NCBI GenBank assembly: GCA_024639165.1
Contig: JAHEIX010000012.1
Location: 1,612 to 65,611, forward strand
Length of the DNA: 64,000 bases
Source of the DNA: Flavobacteriaceae bacterium
Lineage (GTDB): Bacteria; Bacteroidota; Bacteroidia; Flavobacteriales; Flavobacteriaceae
Direction of reading: 5' to 3'
Below the pieces are notes generated by a model. That model searched no databases. It was not told the origin of the DNA and saw nothing but the letters and a program-made list of their open reading frames with translations. Within the stretch, counting starts at the first letter, position 1. Each line of letters starts with the position of its first letter. Shown here piece after piece: positions 59,501 to 64,000 of this stretch. The translations under genes were made by a program, and so were the position numbers.

Positions 59501-59759
59501 GCTTCCAGGTAGTTCCAGCATTTGTTGTTTTCCACACCCCCCCAGAGCCGACCGCAACATACCATATATTTTCATTGTTGGGATCTATAGCGATATCCGC
59601 AATACGACCCGACATAAACGCTGGGCCTACACTGCGAAACGAAAAGCCACTTAGGGCTTGCTCAACAGGACTTTTGTCTTTTTCTTTATCTTTATCTTGT
59701 GAATATAAGGTTGGAGAACAGAGCAATAAAGCCGTAAATAAGAAAGATAGAAATCGCAT
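56514..59759 (-). CDS. Secreted BNR/Asp-box repeat protein of the sortilin/Vps10-like type
   Basis: A signal peptide is present. There are at least 8 Asp-box repeats (SRDGGKTW, STDGGNSW, SVDGGERW, SENGGESW, SENGGKTF, TKDGGATW, TTNGGKSW, LNQGDNW). The product is 1081 aa. Confidence 0.8.
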   Translation of the reverse strand: MRFLSFLFTALLLCSPTLYSQDKDKEKDKSPVEQALSGFSFRSVGPAFMSGRIADIAIDPNNENIWYVAVGSGGVWKTTNAGTTWKPLTDKQSFYSTGAITLDPNNSQTVWLGTGENVGGRHVGIGHGLYLSRDGGKTWANKGLKKSEHISKIIVHPTDSNTLWVAAQGPLWSSGGERGLYKSTDGGNSWKQTMDLDEWTGVTDLVIDPRDPNVLYAASWQRHRNVAAYMGGGPGTALYKSVDGGERWRKLKTGLPSSEMGKIGLTISPQKPDVLYAAIELERREGAVYRSENGGESWKKMSDTVSGGTGPHYYQELIASPHVFDKIFLMNNYVLVSENGGKTFYQMNETKKHVDSHAMVFKANDPNYILVGTDGGLYETFDDTENWKFVNNLPLTQFYKLAVDDAYPFYNIFGGTQDNNTQGGPSQTFNRNGISNADWFVLLGGDGHQPATEPGNPAIVYAQSQQGNLHRVDRTTGEAVYIRPQNGLDEPYERFNWDAPILVSQHNPKRLYFGSQRVWRSENRGDSWAAISTDLTKNEERLALPIMGRKQSWDAAWDVYAMSTYNTITSLAESAQDENILYAGTDDGLLHTTKDGGATWTAVTVDKLPDAPATAFVNDIKADMFDANIAYVALDNHKFGDYRPMLYKTTNGGKSWKSITEGIPEGTLIWRLVQDHVNPKLLFLGTEYGVYISLNQGDNWHKFSNGMPTISVRDLAIQKRENDLVAATFGRSYYILDDYSPLRGISAENLANGNQLFPVKKALQYVQERGGTSSQGASFYTAKNPTYGAQFTYYIADDIKTMKAKRKASEKKLKKDKKDIPFPGWKALDDEDFEKKPQAILRVTNASGKVLTELTGPYSKGIHRKHWDLRERLASALDIHSSRDNGTGLRSDVAPGTYYVQLFKKHNGTLRQLSQMEAFKVTRLRQNVLTNPEAASHLAYKTKLNELYIAAEKMNKTLDKTKKKIAALSKAIGFAQENQDALYKTVFSLQNEQHALARRINGSDAKGEVGEKDSPTLSFRISVASRGFYSNTYGPTAMQMESYDMAVVLLNTLSLQVDALAAATAKAIQNSEALGLPVIID

Positions 59760-59847
59760 TATTAAGGGGTTTAAAAAATTAGTATGTCAATGTAATATTT
59801 ATTTTTTAAATCATCGGTATATAGCATTATAATGCACAAGCAATGTG

Positions 59848-59855
59848 TATTTTTG
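59848..59855 (+). promoter_or_regulatory. -7 promoter box TATTTTTG, 4 nt upstream of ATG 59860 (leaderless-type)
   Basis: This is an exact TAnnTTTG match, with CCTC separating it from ATG 59860. Confidence 0.5.
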
Positions 59856-59859
59856 CCTC

Positions 59860-61272
59860 ATGCGAAGAAACAAACCACAACCCCCCATCGAAAAATTAAC
59901 AATAGACGGCATTGCCCAGAAAGGCAAAGGCGTTGGGCGTACCCAAGACGGTCAAGTGGTCTTTGTAAAAGGCGCCATCCCTGGAGATATTGTAAGCGTT
60001 GCCGTTCAAAAGAAAAGGCGCCGCCATCTTGAGGGTAAGGTTTCGAATATCATCAAGGCCAGTCCCGATAGAATTGAAGCTGTATGTGATCATTTTGGTG
60101 TATGTGGTGGTTGCAGCTGGCAGCATATGTCGTATGATGCACAATTGAGACACAAACAAACTGAGGTAAATGAAGCCTTAACACGCATCGGGGGGCTTGA
60201 AAAGATAAACTACGCACCCATTATCGGATGTAACGAAACCTTTGGCTACCGAAACAAGATGGAATTTAGCTTTTCAGCACGACGCTGGCTGAGTTTTGAA
60301 GAAATTAATGGAGATAACAAAATTGAAGACCGCACAGCACTCGGATTCCATATTCCAGGGATGTGGGATAAAATTGTGGATATTGAACATTGCCACATCC
60401 AACCAGAATTGCCTAATAAAATCAGAAATGAGATTAGGAACTATGCCCGAAAAAATAATTTGAGCTTTTATGATGCTCGAGCGCAAGAAGGGTTTTTACG
60501 TTCCTTGATGCTTCGCACGACACTTTCTGGTGAATTAATGGTCGTTATGCAGTTTTTTCACGAAGATAAAGCTGCACAAATGGGCATATTGACCTTTCTA
60601 AAGGAAACCTTCCCACAAATTACCTCCTTGCAATACATCATCAACGAGAAGGGGAACGACACCATCTATGATCAAGAGATCCACTGCTTTAGTGGAACAG
60701 CCTACATCACTGAAAAAATGGGTGAATTGTCATTTCGCATCACAGCAAAGGCCTTTTATCAAACCAATCCAGCCCAAGCTGAAGTATTATATGCCAAAGC
60801 TTTAGAGATGGCGGAGCTAAAACCCACTGACGTGGTGTATGACTTGTACACTGGCTTGGGAACCATTGCCCAATATGTCGCACATGCGTGTAAAAAAGTG
60901 ATTGGTGTGGAATCTGTTCCCGACGCCATTGTTGCTGCAAAAGAAAATGCAAAACGAAATAAAATCGATAATGCAACATTCAAAGTAGGCGATATGCGAA
61001 AGGTTTTTACCGACAGTTTTGTCAAACGCTACAATACCCCAGACATTATTATCACAGACCCTCCCCGTGACGGTATGCATAAAGATGTAATTGAACAATT
61101 ACTTAAGATAAATCCATCTAAAATACTGTATATCAGCTGTAATCCATCAACACAAGCGCGAGATTTAGCTATGTTAAAAGAGAAGTATAAGGTAGAACTC
61201 AGCCAAGCAGTTGATATGTTTCCCCACACCCAGCACGTTGAAAATATTGTACTTTTGTCTAAGATCTCATGA
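59860..61272 (+). CDS. rlmD: 23S rRNA (uracil-C5)-methyltransferase, RlmD/RumA type
   Basis: It has a TRAM-like N-terminus and an Fe-S Cys cluster (CDHFGVCGGCSWQH). SAM-methyltransferase motifs are present (DLYTGLGT, DPPRDG, YISCNP). The track start at 59845 is a GTG upstream of the promoter-supported ATG. Confidence 0.88.
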   Translation: MRRNKPQPPIEKLTIDGIAQKGKGVGRTQDGQVVFVKGAIPGDIVSVAVQKKRRRHLEGKVSNIIKASPDRIEAVCDHFGVCGGCSWQHMSYDAQLRHKQTEVNEALTRIGGLEKINYAPIIGCNETFGYRNKMEFSFSARRWLSFEEINGDNKIEDRTALGFHIPGMWDKIVDIEHCHIQPELPNKIRNEIRNYARKNNLSFYDARAQEGFLRSLMLRTTLSGELMVVMQFFHEDKAAQMGILTFLKETFPQITSLQYIINEKGNDTIYDQEIHCFSGTAYITEKMGELSFRITAKAFYQTNPAQAEVLYAKALEMAELKPTDVVYDLYTGLGTIAQYVAHACKKVIGVESVPDAIVAAKENAKRNKIDNATFKVGDMRKVFTDSFVKRYNTPDIIITDPPRDGMHKDVIEQLLKINPSKILYISCNPSTQARDLAMLKEKYKVELSQAVDMFPHTQHVENIVLLSKIS

Positions 61273-61742
61273 AGCAGTTTTTAACCCTTAGCGCTGTAGT
61301 ATTGTTATGTCTTTGTGCATGCGAACCTGATGACATCTGTCTTGAAGGCACACCCGGAACACCTCAACTAATTGTGGTGTTTTATGATAAGAATCAACCT
61401 GAATCCAAGAAGTCAGTATCTAATTTACAGGTTAAGGGTACAGATATGGAGACTTTGTTATACGATGCCACCTTAGACTCGATAGCACTTCCCCTTAAAA
61501 CCCTAACAAACAGCACCTCTTTTACATTAAAAGCTACCCAAAATGGTATAGATGCTGAAGACATTATTGCGTTTAACTACAACCCAAAAGACGAATTTAT
61601 AAGCCGTGCTTGCGGATACAAAACTATTTTTGATAATTTGACAATATCCACTGCAAATACATGGAATTGGATACATAATATAGAAATTATAAATAATTCA
61701 ATTCCAGATAATTACAATACTCATGTTGAAATATTACATTAA
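61269..61742 (+). CDS. Hypothetical lipoprotein
   Basis: It overlaps rlmD by ATGA. It has a lipoprotein signal (LLCLCACEPDD), and the product is 157 aa. Confidence 0.55.
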   Translation: MKQFLTLSAVVLLCLCACEPDDICLEGTPGTPQLIVVFYDKNQPESKKSVSNLQVKGTDMETLLYDATLDSIALPLKTLTNSTSFTLKATQNGIDAEDIIAFNYNPKDEFISRACGYKTIFDNLTISTANTWNWIHNIEIINNSIPDNYNTHVEILH

Positions 61743-62421
61743 TTTTTTAACATTGCTTGTTTTTACCACTGTTTGGTCTCAAACAGCGGTTGAAAAGGAT
61801 AGTTTGCCTAGTGAATTGCGCTACGGCTTACGCCTTGGAATAGACATAAGCAAACCCATACGTATGTTGGTTGAGCCTACATACAAAGGGTTGGAATTGG
61901 TAGGAGATTATCGACTTACAAGAAACCTATACATAGCAGGTGAGCTTGGCAATGAAACCAAAAATGTAAATCAAGACGGTGTGCATTTTGAAACTGCTGG
62001 CACCTACCTAAAGCTTGGTGTTGATTATAATGTCTATGATAATTGGCGTGGCATGGACAACTTAATTATTGTTGGGTTTCGATATGGCATTAGCCAGCAC
62101 AAACAGACATTGCTAGGTTATAATCGCTTAATAGATAATAAATATTGGAACGAGACCAATCTAGTGTCGCTAAACACACCCATTACCTACGAAGGACTAA
62201 ACGGACAATGGATTGAACTTCATCTTGGTTTTAAAGCTGAACTACTGCGTAACCTCTACATGGGTGTTAGCATGCAAATGCATCGCTTGTTATCAGCTAA
62301 AAGTCCAGGTAATTTCGAAAATTTATTTATCCCAGGATTTAATAAGGTACTAACTGAAAATCCTTATGGTGCGGGAATAAACTATACGATAAGCTATCAG
62401 TTGCCAATCTATAAGAAGTAA
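61723..62421 (+). CDS. Hypothetical secreted protein, possibly an outer-membrane beta-barrel
   Basis: A signal peptide is present. The sequence has alternating aromatic/hydrophilic beta-strand-like segments. It overlaps the upstream lipoprotein gene by 20 nt. Confidence 0.5.
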   Translation: MLKYYINFLTLLVFTTVWSQTAVEKDSLPSELRYGLRLGIDISKPIRMLVEPTYKGLELVGDYRLTRNLYIAGELGNETKNVNQDGVHFETAGTYLKLGVDYNVYDNWRGMDNLIIVGFRYGISQHKQTLLGYNRLIDNKYWNETNLVSLNTPITYEGLNGQWIELHLGFKAELLRNLYMGVSMQMHRLLSAKSPGNFENLFIPGFNKVLTENPYGAGINYTISYQLPIYKK

Positions 62422-62637
62422 TCAACACTTATACGGCACTTTTCGCCAAGGCAATTTCACCCACATCACCTCTTTTTTTACCAAAAATTTAGGCGCACTT
62501 AAACTAGCCAAGACTGCAGCCATTAGCATTGCCAACAAGTATGAAAGGCCAAGCAACAGCAGGACATAGCGAAAAAAAAGAAACAGTACTCCAAAGCATA
62601 ACAGATTATATATGAAGGCTTTTGTCGTTGCACGCAT
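62422..62637 (-). CDS. Small two-helix membrane protein (71 aa, hypothetical)
   Basis: Its ATG overlaps the stop of the THUMP methyltransferase gene (TAATG at 62635-62639). The product is strongly hydrophobic. Confidence 0.5.
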   Translation of the reverse strand: MRATTKAFIYNLLCFGVLFLFFRYVLLLLGLSYLLAMLMAAVLASLSAPKFLVKKEVMWVKLPWRKVPYKC

Positions 62638-63821
62638 TATTCAGGCTTGATTTTATGAATCTTCTTAGTTCCGCTATAAAGGGCATACTTCACAAGTTTA
62701 CTTTCAAGCTTGCCGTTAAAGACCTTAATACGTCTTGAAGGTCTTAATCCAACAAATTTCAAGGCTTCCATATTTGCGGTAATAAGCCACGCTTGGGACC
62801 CCGAATAAGATTGTTTAAGGGTGTCGCCTATGCGACTATAAAAGACATCCACATCGATGGGAAGGCGCTCACCATAGGGTGGATTAAACAAGATATGAAG
62901 TGATTTGTCTGGATCTTCTTTTTCTGTTCTAAAAAAATCTTGTCTTTCAATTTTGATAAAATCGTTCAAATTGGCATTGCTGATATTTTGTTCTGCTTTT
63001 CGAATGGCAGAGGGCGCCTTGTCGTAACCTGTTATGGTATAATCAAAAGACCTTGTTTTGTTTAGTGCGGATTCTTCTATATTTTCATAGAGATCATTAT
63101 CCCAATCTGACCATTTTTGAAAGGCAAACTCTTTTCGGTTCAAATTGGGGGGAATATTACAGGCGATCATAGCAGCTTCAATCAATAACGTACCGCTTCC
63201 GCACATGGGATCGAGAAAATCAGTATCACCACGCCAACCAGAAAGCATCAATATACCGGCTGCCAACACCTCGTTTATGGGTGCAATATTGGTGGCAGAA
63301 CGATAACCGCGCTGGTGCAAAGAAGTTCCAGAACTATCGAGTGAAACCTCTACGATTCTATCAGTAACATATAAATGAATACTAAAGTCAGGGAAGTCCT
63401 TGTCTACATTTGGACGTGTTCCTAGACGAGTACGAAGTCGGTCGACCAATCCATCTTTTGCTTTAAGGGCGACATACATAGTGTTGTGTGGATCACTTGT
63501 CATTACCGTAGCACGTATGGCAAACGTGCTGTTTTCATTCATGATCTCTTCCCACGCGATATCATGCATGGCTTGATAGACATCATCAATTTTTGAGATG
63601 TTACTTCGATGAATAGGCTTTAGAATACGCAAGGCGGTACGCAAACACAAATTTGCTTTGTACATAAAGCCCGTATCGCCAACAAACTGAACATTTCGCA
63701 CGCCGATTTTAACAGCTTGAGCACCCAAAGTTTTTAGCTCTTGAGCCAATATCTCTTCCAAGCCAAATAAGGTTTTGGCTACCATAGGAAACAGTCCCGA
63801 ATCACTTTTATTCATGTGCAT
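62637..63821 (-). CDS. THUMP-domain class I SAM-dependent RNA methyltransferase (RlmL/RlmK N-terminal-domain-like)
   Basis: It has a THUMP-type N-terminus, a SAM-binding motif (DPMCGSGT) and an NPPYG catalytic motif. The product is 394 aa. Confidence 0.85.
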   Translation of the reverse strand: MHMNKSDSGLFPMVAKTLFGLEEILAQELKTLGAQAVKIGVRNVQFVGDTGFMYKANLCLRTALRILKPIHRSNISKIDDVYQAMHDIAWEEIMNENSTFAIRATVMTSDPHNTMYVALKAKDGLVDRLRTRLGTRPNVDKDFPDFSIHLYVTDRIVEVSLDSSGTSLHQRGYRSATNIAPINEVLAAGILMLSGWRGDTDFLDPMCGSGTLLIEAAMIACNIPPNLNRKEFAFQKWSDWDNDLYENIEESALNKTRSFDYTITGYDKAPSAIRKAEQNISNANLNDFIKIERQDFFRTEKEDPDKSLHILFNPPYGERLPIDVDVFYSRIGDTLKQSYSGSQAWLITANMEALKFVGLRPSRRIKVFNGKLESKLVKYALYSGTKKIHKIKPE

Positions 63822-63923
63822 AAATTTAGGTTAACTATTTGATTTTTAATCATTTCCTTTTGGTTAGAAATTTACAGCTCTTGTTTAAATATCGCTTTAC
63901 GAGTTCATGGGGCTAAAATAGCT

Positions 63924-63931
63924 TAAATTTG
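63924..63931 (+). promoter_or_regulatory. -7 promoter box TAAATTTG, 4 nt upstream of ATG 63936 (leaderless-type)
   Basis: This is an exact TAnnTTTG match, with TAGG separating it from ATG 63936. Confidence 0.5.
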
Positions 63932-63935
63932 TAGG

Positions 63936-64000
63936 ATGATGGAAGATAATCCTGCTTGGTATCAGACTTGGTTTGACACACCTTATTACCACATATTATA
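63936..64000 (+). CDS. 5' end of a gene running off the window; possibly a class I SAM-dependent methyltransferase
   Basis: The frame MMEDNPAWYQTWFDTPYYHIL is open to the window edge. From memory, the WFD-PYYHILY N-terminus recurs in Bacteroidota methyltransferases. The promoter box 4 nt upstream supports the start. Confidence 0.45.
   Translation, partial: MMEDNPAWYQTWFDTPYYHIL

Noticed and set aside
1-64000. CRISPR arrays, tandem repeats, IS elements, integrases, prophage genes, and rRNA or tRNA genes.
   Set aside because: I could see no repeat-spacer periodicity, transposase or integrase-like ORF, or structured-RNA-sized GC-rich intergenic segment. Intergenic regions other than 22712-23164 are 217 nt or shorter.

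Overview
This is a 64-kb chromosomal window from a Bacteroidota genome, probably a marine Flavobacteriia-type organism. Supporting features are a SusC/SusD pair, type-9-secretion C-terminal sorting domains, TAnnTTTG promoter boxes and almost no Shine-Dalgarno-type spacing. Bases 1-22711 are an accessory polysaccharide utilisation locus (PUL). Its plus-strand arm encodes SusC (5'-truncated by the window edge), SusD, a PKD/CBM-like surface lipoprotein, two tandem clan GH-A glycoside hydrolase paralogs, an SGNH esterase, a T9SS-secreted lectin-like protein and an alpha/beta-hydrolase esterase. Converging on it is a tightly packed nine-gene minus-strand operon: UxaA-type sugar-acid dehydratase, SDR, FAH-family hydrolase, amidohydrolase-2 lactonase, SDR, RhaM-type mutarotase, FMN L-2-hydroxyacid dehydrogenase, FucP permease and an S1 formylglycine sulfatase. 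Together these reconstruct a complete oxidative, non-phosphorylative L-fucose/L-galactose pathway wired to a sulfatase. A 453-bp AT-rich non-coding gap at 22712-23164 separates the PUL from about 41 kb of ordinary core genes. The core genes are a 7TM-HD protein, an NlpC/P60 homolog, gyrA, clpC, nadCBA, thrABC, pepP, gcvT, yebC, kdsB, a RecD/Pif1-like helicase, rsmD, two rhomboids, mutL, nrnA, a dual cyclophilin-FKBP isomerase, a BNR/Vps10 repeat protein, rlmD and a THUMP methyltransferase. I see no rRNA, tRNA, CRISPR array, transposase, integrase or recognisable defence system. The observations most worth follow-up are: (i) the PUL itself, whose GH paralogs and shared N-terminal domain I cannot place confidently in a known family; (ii) the sulfatase-linked L-fucose/L-galactose operon; (iii) a recurrent TAnnTTTG-N4-ATG architecture at five operon-leading genes, implying leaderless mRNAs; (iv) an orphan plus-strand terminator in the 453-bp gap; and (v) an NlpC/P60 homolog lacking the catalytic Cys. 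All family assignments come from motif reading by eye, since no HMM or BLAST could be run.
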